Part shown: in pieces, positions 47,517-56,869 of the stretch
How the letters are laid out: each line of letters opens with the position of its first letter
Position numbering within the stretch: the first letter of the stretch is position 1
From: Phycisphaerae bacterium
GTDB lineage: Bacteria; Planctomycetota; Phycisphaerae; FEN-1346; JAACEH01
Assembly: GCA_012729015.1 (NCBI GenBank)
Contig: JAAYDY010000072.1
Location: 8,920-72,919, forward strand
DNA length: 64,000 bases
Reading direction: 5' to 3'
The notes under the pieces: model-generated
Seen by the model: the letters and a program-made list of their open reading frames with translations, nothing else
Database searches by the model: none
What the model was told of the DNA's origin: nothing
Translations under genes and position numbers: made by a program

Positions 47517-50144
47517 TTACAGCCGCGGGTCGACCGGCTCGCTTTCCATCGCCAGAACGCCGAAGACGCACTCGTGAACGCGGCGCAGGGGCTCGTGGCG
47601 GACGAAGCGCTCCAAGGCCTCGATGCCCAGGGCGAACTCTCGCAGGGCCAGCGAACGCTTGGTGTGCAGTCCGCGCGACCGCAGCCGCTCCAGATTCTCC
47701 GGTGTGGTGTATTCCGGCCCATAGATGATCCGCAGGTACTCGCGTCCGCGGCACTTCACTGCCGGCTGGGCCAGGCCCCGCTTGCCCCGAGTGATGAAGG
47801 CCATCGGCTTCACGACCATCCCCTCGCCGCCCCGGCCGGTCAGCTCCAGCCACCAGTCGGCGCCGGCGGCCTGACTGGTCTCGTTGGTCACGTTAACGAC
47901 TTTGTAGGGGGTAGCCAGAAACAGCCGCGTGTCGTGGCGGCAGACCTCGGCCAGCGTGTCCATGTGCCAAACGTGATCGCGGTCGACATGCACCGCGCCC
48001 TCGGTGGCCATCAGGTGGAACGGCGCCAGTTTCAGGTCATCGAGCGACCGGACCGGCCAGCAGTATTGCCGATAGGCGGCCACGTACTTCTCAATGGCCC
48101 GCTCGCGCTCACTGTAGCGGCTGAGCAGCCGCTCCACTTCCTCCAAGTCCGCTATGCCCGGTCCGGCCCGCTCCGCGGTTGCCTGGAGTGCCGCCACAGC
48201 CTCCGGCAATGCCGCCCGGCCTGCCGCGCCCACGGCGGCATACTGCGTTCGCACCAGTTCCTGGGCCTTGGCGGACCACGGCATCAACTCGCAATCGAGG
48301 CAGGCCCACGTGGTCTCGAACTTCGCCCAGAAGTCCGCCGCGTCCATCGCGCCGCGCACGCGGTCCAGGAGGGCGGCCTCCAACTCGGGATCGTCGAAAA
48401 ACCGCCGCCCGGTGCGCGTGTAAACAATACCTGCCTCGCCGTCGGTGACGCCGAAGCGCTTCTGTGCTGCCTCGGCATCACGGCAGACAATGACCACGGC
48501 CCGCGAACCCATGTGCTTCTCTTCGCAGATGACCTGCGGCGTGCCGACCGAGCGATAGTAGGCGAAGGCTTCGGCCGGATGCTCCAGAAAGCCGTCCGCG
48601 TGGCTCGTCTCGCTGGGCGACATCGTCGGCGGCAGGTACACGAGCCACTTCGGATTCGCGGCGAAGCGGCTCATCACCTCCAGCGCCGCTGTGGCATTCT
48701 CCTCGCGCACGGTGACCGCGCCGCGCAGCCGCGTGGCGATGATCCGCTTACCGAGCACGTCCTCGGCGTCCAGAAGGTCGTCCTGCGTCTGTTGGGCCGA
48801 CAGGGCCGGTGCCTCGTGCCCCTCGGGCAGGAACGGCCTCACGGCCTCGCAGTACGTCTGCCCCGCCGGCACCGAGACGAACTCCTTCTCCGGGTAGCGC
48901 AGGGCCGTCAGGCTCCCGCCGAAGACGCAGCCGGTGTCGATGTTGACCGTGCGGTTGAGCCATTCGGGTTCCGGCACCGGCGTGTGGCCGTAGACGACGA
49001 TGGCCGGCCCGCGATACTCCGCCGCCCAGTTGTAGCGGACCGGCAGGCCGAACTCGTCTGTCTCGCCGGTCGTCTCGCCATAGAGAGCGAACCCGCGGAC
49101 CTTGCCGGAGGCGCGACCCTGCATCTCCTGCCGCATGCCGGCGTGGGCCACGACCAGCTTCCCGTCGTCGAGCACGTAGTGGCTGACCAGGCTGTCGAGG
49201 AACTCGCGGGCCTGTTCGACGAACCGCTCTCGTGTTTCGTCCGGCAGGGCCTCGACCTGGGCCAGCGATTCGGCCAGGCCGTGCGTGATCTGCACGTCCT
49301 TGCCGCCGAGCTTGCGCATCAGTTTCATATCGTGGTTGCCCGGCACGCAGAGGGCGGCGCCGGCAGCGACCATGTTCCGCACGAGCCGCAACGTCTCGAC
49401 GACGCGCGGCCCGCGGTCCACGAGGTCGCCGAGGAATGCGGCCTTGCGGCCGCCCGGATGACGGTAGAGCCGCCGACCCCACACGGCATCGTCTTGTGGC
49501 GAGTCAGGGGAGGCCGGCAGTTCCGCGGCCTCGTAACCGAGCTGAGCCAGCAGCGCTTCGAGCTCATCGCAGCAGCCGTGCACATCGCCGATGATGTCGA
49601 ACGGCCCGTGCTCGTCGCGTTTGTCGTTCCAGAGCGGCGTCCGGGTCAGTGTGGCCGCCTCCACCTCGTCGGGCGACTTGAGGATGAACACGTGCCGGAA
49701 GCCCTCGGGCCCCAAACCGCGAAGCGAACGCCGCAGCTGCGACCGCTGACCGCGGATAACGTGCGGCCCGAAGTTGCGGTCCGACCGCTCACGGTTCCGC
49801 TCTTGGCAGACCTTCTCCGGCAGATCGAAAACGATGGCCACCGGCAGTACGTGGAACTCTCGCGCCAAGGCCACCAGGGGCTTCCGCGCTTCCGGCTGCA
49901 CGTTCGTCGCGTCGACAACCGTCAGGCGCCCCAGGGCCAGCCGCTCCCGGGCAATGCTGTGCAGCAGGCGAAACGCCTCGTTCGTCACCGCCTGATCGTT
50001 CTCGTCGTCCGAGACCATCGCCCGGCAAGCATCGCTGGAGAGTACCTCCGTGGGCAGGAAGTGCTTCCGCGCGAACGTGCTCTTGCCCGACCCTGACGGG
50101 CCGATGAGGACAACCAACGAGAGCTTTGGAAGTTCCATCTGCAT
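47517..50144 (-). CDS. pnkp: Bacterial polynucleotide kinase-phosphatase-ligase (RNA repair)
   Basis: ORF 47517..50204, trimmed to MQMELPKLSLVVLIGPSGSGKSTFARKHF (kinase P-loop). Phosphoesterase motifs are GDVHGC, GDLVDRGP and GNHD. The ligase lysine motif is ICEEKHMGSRAVV. Confidence 0.9.
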   Translation of the reverse strand: MQMELPKLSLVVLIGPSGSGKSTFARKHFLPTEVLSSDACRAMVSDDENDQAVTNEAFRLLHSIARERLALGRLTVVDATNVQPEARKPLVALAREFHVLPVAIVFDLPEKVCQERNRERSDRNFGPHVIRGQRSQLRRSLRGLGPEGFRHVFILKSPDEVEAATLTRTPLWNDKRDEHGPFDIIGDVHGCCDELEALLAQLGYEAAELPASPDSPQDDAVWGRRLYRHPGGRKAAFLGDLVDRGPRVVETLRLVRNMVAAGAALCVPGNHDMKLMRKLGGKDVQITHGLAESLAQVEALPDETRERFVEQAREFLDSLVSHYVLDDGKLVVAHAGMRQEMQGRASGKVRGFALYGETTGETDEFGLPVRYNWAAEYRGPAIVVYGHTPVPEPEWLNRTVNIDTGCVFGGSLTALRYPEKEFVSVPAGQTYCEAVRPFLPEGHEAPALSAQQTQDDLLDAEDVLGKRIIATRLRGAVTVREENATAALEVMSRFAANPKWLVYLPPTMSPSETSHADGFLEHPAEAFAYYRSVGTPQVICEEKHMGSRAVVIVCRDAEAAQKRFGVTDGEAGIVYTRTGRRFFDDPELEAALLDRVRGAMDAADFWAKFETTWACLDCELMPWSAKAQELVRTQYAAVGAAGRAALPEAVAALQATAERAGPGIADLEEVERLLSRYSERERAIEKYVAAYRQYCWPVRSLDDLKLAPFHLMATEGAVHVDRDHVWHMDTLAEVCRHDTRLFLATPYKVVNVTNETSQAAGADWWLELTGRGGEGMVVKPMAFITRGKRGLAQPAVKCRGREYLRIIYGPEYTTPENLERLRSRGLHTKRSLALREFALGIEALERFVRHEPLRRVHECVFGVLAMESEPVDPRL

Positions 50145-50152
50145 TTCGTTTC

Positions 50153-50740
50153 TCACGTAGCCGTGCGGCTGGTCTTCTTGGGTGCAATGTCCCTGTGGCA
50201 GCACTCCAACAGATACTCGGCGTTGCCTCCGTCATCATGCCAGGCATCCGTCTTGTCGATGTTCCGATAGCCTCGTTTACTTTCATCTCGCACAAGCACG
50301 TTGCCGATGCCGGGCGTTGTTGCCTCAACGAAGGGCGCTGTCTGGAGCAGAATTCGTTCTATCGTCCACGAGTAGATCAGCGGCGGCATGCCCGGCAAAG
50401 CGTGCAGGCGTTCAAAATAGAAGAAGGGATCAATACCAAGGCCAATCCTTCCCGTCACCCAGTCCCCGGCGGCCAGTCCTTCCAGCGGCGATGATTCTCG
50501 ATAGGCCAGCAGGCCAAAGTCGAGCACCCACACGTCCTTCTGGCACAGAACAATGCGTGCCACCACATCATAGTAGCAGTCCGTTACCCAGGTGCAACGC
50601 GGCTGCGACTGCTCGGTGAGTTCCAGCGTTTTTGCCCAGAATTCGAGAGCCACCTCGCACTCGTCGCCCTTGGCGAAGTCGCCGTAGTTGCCGTCCTGAA
50701 CGATCCATGACGCAAGGTTGAGCTTCCAAGGGTCACTCAT
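50153..50740 (-). CDS. Hypothetical 195-aa protein immediately upstream of pnkp
   Basis: This ORF overlaps the preceding gene by 8 nt and ends 8 nt before the pnkp start. No motif recognised. Confidence 0.5.
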   Translation of the reverse strand: MSDPWKLNLASWIVQDGNYGDFAKGDECEVALEFWAKTLELTEQSQPRCTWVTDCYYDVVARIVLCQKDVWVLDFGLLAYRESSPLEGLAAGDWVTGRIGLGIDPFFYFERLHALPGMPPLIYSWTIERILLQTAPFVEATTPGIGNVLVRDESKRGYRNIDKTDAWHDDGGNAEYLLECCHRDIAPKKTSRTAT

Positions 50741-51506
50741 ACGTGTGCCTCCTGATTCGCAGCAACAGGTCGTTCATCGCTCCCCGAGCCGACGGCTGCT
50801 CCGGCAGGTGGCTTTCCTGACCGGCGCGTTCCAACTCCGCCGTCAGCCGCTCGTACTCTCGCTCGTAAAACTCCAAGTCCGCGGCGGCCAGGCAGCCACG
50901 CTCGCCGCCCTCGACCTTGCGGGCAACCAGGTCGGCGATCTGCGGCAGGCGGAACGTCTCGTTCAGCCGCAGCAGGTTCGCCTCGACCTCGCCGCTCTGC
51001 ATCAGGTGGATGCCGGTCAGCAGCACGCGGTAGACGTAGAGAAGCGGCTTGACGCGGGGCGGCGCGTCCTTCCGGAACAGGTTCCACTGCGTCCGGGCGA
51101 AGCCGAGGTAATGGTGCACGTGGTGCCGCGTGATGCAACCGCGGCCGAGGGCCTTGAGTTCCTCGTGCTCCGGCGTCGTGTGGACCACCAGTGGCGAATA
51201 GAGTTGCTCCAGCACGTAGCCGTTCTTCTTCAGCATCAGCCGCATGAACTTCCGCACGTCGTGTGTCACGAAGTCCAGCTCGATGTCGCCCGGTGCCGCC
51301 GGCTTGTGCGACACCTCGACCGTCTCCTGCGGGGGATCGAGGCCCAGAAACGCCTCTGCCGGCAGCACGTGCGCCCCGCGCAGATCATAATCCGAATCCG
51401 CCGACGGAAACCCATACAGGTGCGCCCCGCTGACCGTGACGAAGAGCAGCGGGTGCGACTGCTCGCTGGCAACAGCAGATAGACGGGCGTTGGGAATATC
51501 GGTCAT
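50733..51506 (-). CDS. Pol-beta-superfamily nucleotidyltransferase of the RNA-repair-associated (RlaP / Nuc-transf) type, copy 1
   Basis: ORF 50733..51584, trimmed to MTDIPNARL... (its ATG overlaps the upstream stop). VSGAHLYGFPSADSDYDLRGAHV is a G[SA]xxxG...DxD-type NTase motif. Paralogous to 51987..52910. Confidence 0.65.
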   Translation of the reverse strand: MTDIPNARLSAVASEQSHPLLFVTVSGAHLYGFPSADSDYDLRGAHVLPAEAFLGLDPPQETVEVSHKPAAPGDIELDFVTHDVRKFMRLMLKKNGYVLEQLYSPLVVHTTPEHEELKALGRGCITRHHVHHYLGFARTQWNLFRKDAPPRVKPLLYVYRVLLTGIHLMQSGEVEANLLRLNETFRLPQIADLVARKVEGGERGCLAAADLEFYEREYERLTAELERAGQESHLPEQPSARGAMNDLLLRIRRHTYE

Positions 51507-51976
51507 CTTGGCTCTTCCTCTCGCCCAATGGCAAAACCGCAGCATCGACAGGTCTTGCGATACTCGGGACACAAGACACCGCACTGGGGGCAGCGTCGCT
51601 CGGTGACACCCTCATACGCCTTCTCCCAGCGTTCGCGGTCAACGCGTTCCTGCTCTTCTTTTCTGGCCCTTGTCGCCCTGGCCGCCTCCGCCATTTCCTC
51701 TGGCGTGGCCGTAGCCACCAAGTGGCTCCAGACCGTTCTAAGGATGACACTTGATGTCCCGTCTGCGTCAGAAGCACCGCATGCCTCCCGCAACGGACTT
51801 GTCTCGTCCCATAGGCCCAACTCGCTTCTGATGGCCATTCCTAATGAGAAGTGAAGCCCGATGAGATCTTCTTCCGCCATCCCGCGAACCAGCGCAATGT
51901 TCGAAGCATCCTGCGCCCATTTCCACGAGAGCACCTCGCGAACAGCTTCTTCGATGGTCCTCGGCTTTCCCCGCAT
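51503..51976 (-). CDS. Hypothetical protein with C-terminal zinc ribbon (157 aa)
   Basis: ORF ending ...RRCPQCGVLCPEYRKTCRCCGFAIG. Coupled (ATGA) to the downstream nucleotidyltransferase gene. Confidence 0.5.
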   Translation of the reverse strand: MRGKPRTIEEAVREVLSWKWAQDASNIALVRGMAEEDLIGLHFSLGMAIRSELGLWDETSPLREACGASDADGTSSVILRTVWSHLVATATPEEMAEAARATRARKEEQERVDRERWEKAYEGVTERRCPQCGVLCPEYRKTCRCCGFAIGREEEPR

Positions 51977-51986
51977 AGGAACCCCC

Positions 51987-52910
51987 TCAACGTGCCATAC
52001 TCCGCCGCGCCCTCACCAGGAACGCATTGGCCGCCTCGTAGTCCGGGCGGTCGGGCAAGGCGGTCGTGCGGAACGCCTCGTCGAATTCCTTGTGCAGCGA
52101 CAGCCGCCACTCGTTGACCTCCGACCATGGCGTGCGGCCGTCACGGATGGCGATCAGGCGGTCCTTGTGCTCGGTCACCTCGACCGGCACCGCGCCGGTC
52201 CGCAGCACGCCGATCCCCGACAGGAGCAGCCGCACCAGGTGCATGGCGTGCTTCCACTTGATGCGGCCCTGGTTCCGCAGGTCGCGCTCCAGCTTCTTGA
52301 ACTGGCTCATCACGTAGGCGTTGTACGTCTGGTAGACAAGCTTCGACAAAAACGCCCCGCGCATGTCCAGCAGTTCCTGCCCGAGCGGCGTCACATGCTC
52401 CACCAGCGGCGTATGCAGCACCTCCAGAATGTTTGGATTGGCCTTGAGCGCCAGCACCAAGAACTTCTGGAGCTCCCAGTAGCACTCGTCGGCGTCCTGG
52501 TCTTCAATCTGCTCCGGCACGCCATACAGCGACCAGTGCAGCTCCGCCGGCGGCAGGTAGACCCCGCGGCGGTCCACGTCCGATTCGTCCGTCGCCAGCC
52601 CGTATGCTCGCGAGCCGATCACGCAGCGATAGATCACGTATTGCCGCAAGTCGCACTCGGCCAGCCGGTCGCGTGACCGACCCGGGTCAAGGTACTGTTT
52701 CAGCACCTCGAACTCCCCGCGCCGCAGCGACACCTCTTCGCCGCCCGGAAACCGCACGCGATAGCTGTGCTCCGGATCGGCCGGCGCGCGGACGATCACC
52801 CCCATGGCCCCGGCCGCGCGCGGCCCCTTCCTCGATGCGCTCTCGCCCCGCGTCACCACGGCCGTGCCGACGGGCAGGATCGCCGGGAGATTGTCTCGTT
52901 CGCTGGTCAT
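51987..52910 (-). CDS. Pol-beta-superfamily nucleotidyltransferase (RlaP / Nuc-transf type), copy 2, with about 90-aa N-terminal extension
   Basis: VIGSRAYGLATDESDVDRRGVYL plus a downstream helical region that aligns with copy 1 (KANPNILEVLHTPLV versus KKNGYVLEQLYSPLV). Confidence 0.65.
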   Translation of the reverse strand: MTSERDNLPAILPVGTAVVTRGESASRKGPRAAGAMGVIVRAPADPEHSYRVRFPGGEEVSLRRGEFEVLKQYLDPGRSRDRLAECDLRQYVIYRCVIGSRAYGLATDESDVDRRGVYLPPAELHWSLYGVPEQIEDQDADECYWELQKFLVLALKANPNILEVLHTPLVEHVTPLGQELLDMRGAFLSKLVYQTYNAYVMSQFKKLERDLRNQGRIKWKHAMHLVRLLLSGIGVLRTGAVPVEVTEHKDRLIAIRDGRTPWSEVNEWRLSLHKEFDEAFRTTALPDRPDYEAANAFLVRARRSMAR

Positions 52911-53671
52911 GTGTTCAGAGGGACCTCATCCCAATCACGCTCGTAACCGCAAACCCAGTTCAAACCCCAGAGTCTTTCCTGGGCGATACTGGTCGCCCGA
53001 CGATATTCCTGCGGCGACAAGCCCGCATAGGGCTTGCCGAATGCCGGGAAGTCATTGTCGATTGCGATGAACCAGCCGTTTGCCTCACCGGTTCTGGCCG
53101 CCGACACGACGTATTCTGTGTACTTCTCCGGCGGAGTTGGCTTGGTGTACTTGTTTCGGTCGGCCTGTATTTGCGTCGTTCGTGACCTCCAGAGCCAGAA
53201 CTCCGAAATCTCGCGAGCCTCGTCGACCTCATCCTCCGACCTGTAGGCGGCAGTCTTGAGGAAGTTCGCCGTCGGCTCTCCTGTCTGCGGAATGACGTTC
53301 ATAATATCGAGCGGCCGGAATTCTTTGTCGTAGGGCGGCATCATGCCCAGTAGCCCCAGCGACCACGCGATGACACCGGCCGACTCAACACGCCAAGAGC
53401 CATTCACCCGCTCACGCTCAGTCCACGACCCCACTGGCCGGCCCATAGGGGGGCGTTCTTGGGCAGAGAACCGCGGCATGATTGGCTCGCGCTCCAGCCA
53501 GGCCATCAAGTCCGCTGCCTTCGTGCGTGCCTCAGCTTTCTCGGCCTCGGTTCCAGCGCTGGCCATTTCCCCTTCGAAGTAGGCTCGGGCGCCGATGCAC
53601 ATCAGGCAAAGCAGCCTTCCAGCAGCATCTCCCGGCGACGGTGGCTCGGGCTTCCAGTCTTGCTCGTTCAT
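52907..53671 (-). CDS. Hypothetical protein, DUF4272-like
   Basis: ORF 52907..53827, trimmed to MNEQDWK... (its ATG overlaps the hen1 stop). SWRVESAGVIAWSLGLLGMMPPYD resembles DUF4272. Its stop overlaps the next ATG. Confidence 0.45.
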   Translation of the reverse strand: MNEQDWKPEPPSPGDAAGRLLCLMCIGARAYFEGEMASAGTEAEKAEARTKAADLMAWLEREPIMPRFSAQERPPMGRPVGSWTERERVNGSWRVESAGVIAWSLGLLGMMPPYDKEFRPLDIMNVIPQTGEPTANFLKTAAYRSEDEVDEAREISEFWLWRSRTTQIQADRNKYTKPTPPEKYTEYVVSAARTGEANGWFIAIDNDFPAFGKPYAGLSPQEYRRATSIAQERLWGLNWVCGYERDWDEVPLNT

Positions 53672-55149
53672 GTGCCATCTCCACATCGCTGAACAGCCGT
53701 GAACACCGCCATCTGCGTCGGCGGGCCGAGGGCTGGGTCCTCGGGGCCGACGGGCAGGAAGCGGACAGTATAGCCGAAACGCTCGGTCACGGCTTCGGCC
53801 CAGGTGCGGAACTCCGCCCGCGTCCACTCGAAGCGATGGTCCTTGTGCCTCAGCGGAGGCGAGACGATAACGGTGTCGGCCGCTGCACGTTCACCCTTAG
53901 TCTCCGCGGGCTTCGCGTCGCCCGCCAGATTCGCCCACAAGACGTTGTACTCTCGGTTCGGCGTCGTGAGGACAATCGTCCCCGGCCGGGCGCACTCGAA
54001 GAGCACGCGCTCGAAGGCCGCCAGGCGCGGCGGATCGAGATGCTCGATCACCTCGACCACGGCTGCGGCGTCGAAGCCTTCCAGCCGCCGGTCGCGGTAC
54101 ATGAGCGATCCGTGCAGCAGCCGCAGGCGGTCCTTCTGATGCGGCGGCAGGCGGTCGAGGCGCAGCCGATCGGCGGCGATCTCCAGCGAGCGGATCGAAA
54201 CGTCGAGGCCGATGATCTCGTCAAACTGTTTGTCCTTCATCAACTCGCGCACGAGGTTGCCCTCGCCGCAACCGAGGTCGAGCACGCGCCGGGCCCCGCT
54301 CGCCCGCAGCGCCGCCAGCACCGTGCCCAGACGTTCTTCGTTGAGGCTGATGCGAGCCTCGGCCGAGTCCTCCTCGCCGGTGGACGCCTCGTCGTCCAGC
54401 GCTGCGACTTCAGGCTCGTCCTCCTGGGCCAGTTGGGCCAGGGCTTGCCGGGCCAGGCTCGGCGCGTGCTTCAGGTAGCGGAAGGTGATGGCCTCCCGCT
54501 CCGGATGCGAGGCCAGCCAGCCTTCGCCCTTGGCCAGCAGGTTCTCCATCTCCGCCTGGCCGACGTAGTAATGCTTGCGATGGTCGAAGACGGGCACGAG
54601 CACGTAGAGGTGCGTGAGCAACTCCTTGAGTGTGGTTGTCTTCGACAGCTCCACCGTGAAGTACGGGCTGTCGCCCCAGTCAGCGAACGTCTCGTCCAGC
54701 GGGTGCGGCGCGACGGTAAGGGCGTAGCCGAGCGGCTCGAAGACGCGCCGCAGGAACGCCTCGCCTCCGCGGCACGGCAGCACGGCGATGCGGGCCACCA
54801 GCGGCAGCGGCGTGTCGACCAATTCGGGCCGCTCTTTGCTCCGACCCTGGAGGGCCGAGCCGAATACCTGGGCGATGGCCACGCTGAGGAACGAGGACGC
54901 GACGAACGGCCGATCGTTCACGTACTGGTCGAGCAGCCGCTCGGAGAACCGCGATGGCCCGCGCACGATGCCGACCGGGTCGACGTCCAGGAGCAGCGCC
55001 GCCGTACAGTTCTGAGTCGTCGCCTCGGGATAGAACACGTGCGCCCGCCCGAAACTCAGATCGAACGTCTGGCACCGCGCCGGGTTCTTGTGCAACAAAT
55101 AGCCCACGTCGATGGCGGGATGATGCGTTGTTGAGATGGTCAAAAGCAT
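53668..55149 (-). CDS. hen1: Bacterial Hen1 3'-terminal RNA ribose 2'-O-methyltransferase
   Basis: 493 aa. MLLTISTTHHPAIDVGYLLHKNPARCQTF is the characteristic bacterial Hen1 N-terminus, and RVLDLGCGEGNL is the SAM-binding motif. Confidence 0.9.
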   Translation of the reverse strand: MLLTISTTHHPAIDVGYLLHKNPARCQTFDLSFGRAHVFYPEATTQNCTAALLLDVDPVGIVRGPSRFSERLLDQYVNDRPFVASSFLSVAIAQVFGSALQGRSKERPELVDTPLPLVARIAVLPCRGGEAFLRRVFEPLGYALTVAPHPLDETFADWGDSPYFTVELSKTTTLKELLTHLYVLVPVFDHRKHYYVGQAEMENLLAKGEGWLASHPEREAITFRYLKHAPSLARQALAQLAQEDEPEVAALDDEASTGEEDSAEARISLNEERLGTVLAALRASGARRVLDLGCGEGNLVRELMKDKQFDEIIGLDVSIRSLEIAADRLRLDRLPPHQKDRLRLLHGSLMYRDRRLEGFDAAAVVEVIEHLDPPRLAAFERVLFECARPGTIVLTTPNREYNVLWANLAGDAKPAETKGERAAADTVIVSPPLRHKDHRFEWTRAEFRTWAEAVTERFGYTVRFLPVGPEDPALGPPTQMAVFTAVQRCGDGT

Positions 55150-55153
55150 GGAA

Positions 55154-55444
55154 TTACCCTTCGCTCACACTGATCACGGCATCGTCCTGCAGCTTCGCCT
55201 TCTGGAGCGCCTTCTTTATGATGCTCTTGGCCTCGGCGAGATGACGATTGCGGCTCAAGTAGACGTAGACAACATCGCTCGGCGGATGATCGATATCGCT
55301 CAACTTCCCCAACCCGCCGTTGACAATTGGTCCCCAGATATCCTCCGCAAACCAGAATACACGGAAGTAGTAGTCATTCGAACGACCGGGAGGAAATCTG
55401 ATCTCGATTGCCTCGGCCACAACGTGCCTCCTGACCGCAGCCAA
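55154..55444 (-). CDS. Hypothetical small protein (96 aa) between rtcB and hen1
   Basis: ORF with lower GC and protein-like composition. It has 12-nt and 4-nt gaps to its neighbours. Confidence 0.45.
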   Translation of the reverse strand: MAAVRRHVVAEAIEIRFPPGRSNDYYFRVFWFAEDIWGPIVNGGLGKLSDIDHPPSDVVYVYLSRNRHLAEAKSIIKKALQKAKLQDDAVISVSEG

Positions 55445-55456
55445 CCTCGGGAACCA

Positions 55457-56869
55457 CTAGTCCTCCGGCCGTTCGCCTGCGGGGGCCATCTTCACGAGCC
55501 GCGGATCGAAGCGGGCCACCGGCTCGACCAGGTCGCGCTGAGCGGCCATCACCTCGTCGATGTCCTTGTACGCCATGGGCACCTCGTCGAGGCCGGCCGA
55601 GAGCAGGTCCACGTTGTGGTCGGCCAGGAACTTCTTCGCCTGGTGCCAGGTGAACGTCTCCTTGGCCTTCGTGCGGCTCATCTTCCGTCCGGCGCCGTGG
55701 CTGGCCGAGTTCAGCGACGTCGGCTCGCCGCGACCGCGGACCACGTAGCCGGCTGTGCCCATCGAGCCGGGAATGATGCCGAGCGTGCCCGCGGCGGCCG
55801 GCGTGGCGCCCTTGCGATGTACGATGACCTGGCGCCCGCCGTGCGTCTCGCGCCAGGCGAAGTTGTGGTGGTTCTCGATGTCCAGCAGCACGTCGACGCC
55901 CAAGTGCCGGGCGATGTGCCGATGGATCAACTGGTGGTTGGCGGCGGCATAGCGGCCCATCAACTCCATGGCCGCCCAGTACTCCTGGCCCTCGGCGCTA
56001 TCGAGGTTGAGCCAGGCCAAGTGGCTGAGTTCGCGCGGCAACTCGCCGTGGCGGCCCTGGGCCAGCTTGCTGTAGTGCTCGGCGACGCCGGCTCCCGTGC
56101 CGCGGCTTCCGCTGTGCGAAAGCAGAGCCAGGTAGACGCCGGCCCTCAGGCCCAGATCGTCGCGCTCAAGCGTCAGCGTGCCATACTCCACGAAGTGGTT
56201 GCCGCTGCCGCTCGTGCCGAGCTGGCTCCAGGCCTTGTCCTTCAAGGCGATGGTGACCGGCGAGATCGTCCAGTCGTCGTCCATGACCTCATGCTGGCGG
56301 CGCTTGCGGAACGTCGCCCCGACGCCGAAGCGCGTCTCGTCCTCCAGGGCACGGACCAGCCGCCCTCGCTGACCGTCGATTGCGTCGACCGGCAGGTCGA
56401 GCACCGTCAGTTTCATGCGGCAGGCGATGTCGACGCCGACGGCGAACGGGATGACGGCATTGTCCGTGGCCAGCACACCGCCGATGGGCAAGCCGTAGCC
56501 CTGGTGGGCGTCGGGCATGAGCGCACCGGCAACCGACACCGGCAGCGAGCAGGCGTTGCGAAGCTGCCCGACCGCAGACGGCTCCAGGTCGCGGCCCCAC
56601 TGCCGCCACGGGGCCGGCTCGGTGCGCGGCTGGTAGGTAGCCTGCAATTCTGCCGAGGCGATCAGTGCCGTGGCCATCGCGCCGAAATGCTCATCCGCCT
56701 GGTGCGCAGCCGGGTCGGCGGCCACGGCGCGCACGGCCGCACGGATGGCTTCTTTATCCAGTCCCGACGCCGCAGCCGCCGCGATGCACGCGACCGAGGC
56801 CTTCATCGCCTCGCCCTTGGGCACGCCCAGGTTCCTCAACTCTCGCGGCTTCATTCCAACTCTCCTCAC
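55457..56869 (-). CDS. rtcB: RNA-splicing ligase RtcB (3'-phosphate/5'-hydroxyl RNA ligase)
   Basis: MPDAHQGYGLPIGGVLA, GSGNHF, HSGSRGTG, ENHHNFAW, IIPGSMGT and SASHGAGR. Its start overlaps the rtcA stop (ATGA); 56854 is an alternative start. Confidence 0.95.
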   Translation of the reverse strand: MRRVGMKPRELRNLGVPKGEAMKASVACIAAAAASGLDKEAIRAAVRAVAADPAAHQADEHFGAMATALIASAELQATYQPRTEPAPWRQWGRDLEPSAVGQLRNACSLPVSVAGALMPDAHQGYGLPIGGVLATDNAVIPFAVGVDIACRMKLTVLDLPVDAIDGQRGRLVRALEDETRFGVGATFRKRRQHEVMDDDWTISPVTIALKDKAWSQLGTSGSGNHFVEYGTLTLERDDLGLRAGVYLALLSHSGSRGTGAGVAEHYSKLAQGRHGELPRELSHLAWLNLDSAEGQEYWAAMELMGRYAAANHQLIHRHIARHLGVDVLLDIENHHNFAWRETHGGRQVIVHRKGATPAAAGTLGIIPGSMGTAGYVVRGRGEPTSLNSASHGAGRKMSRTKAKETFTWHQAKKFLADHNVDLLSAGLDEVPMAYKDIDEVMAAQRDLVEPVARFDPRLVKMAPAGERPED

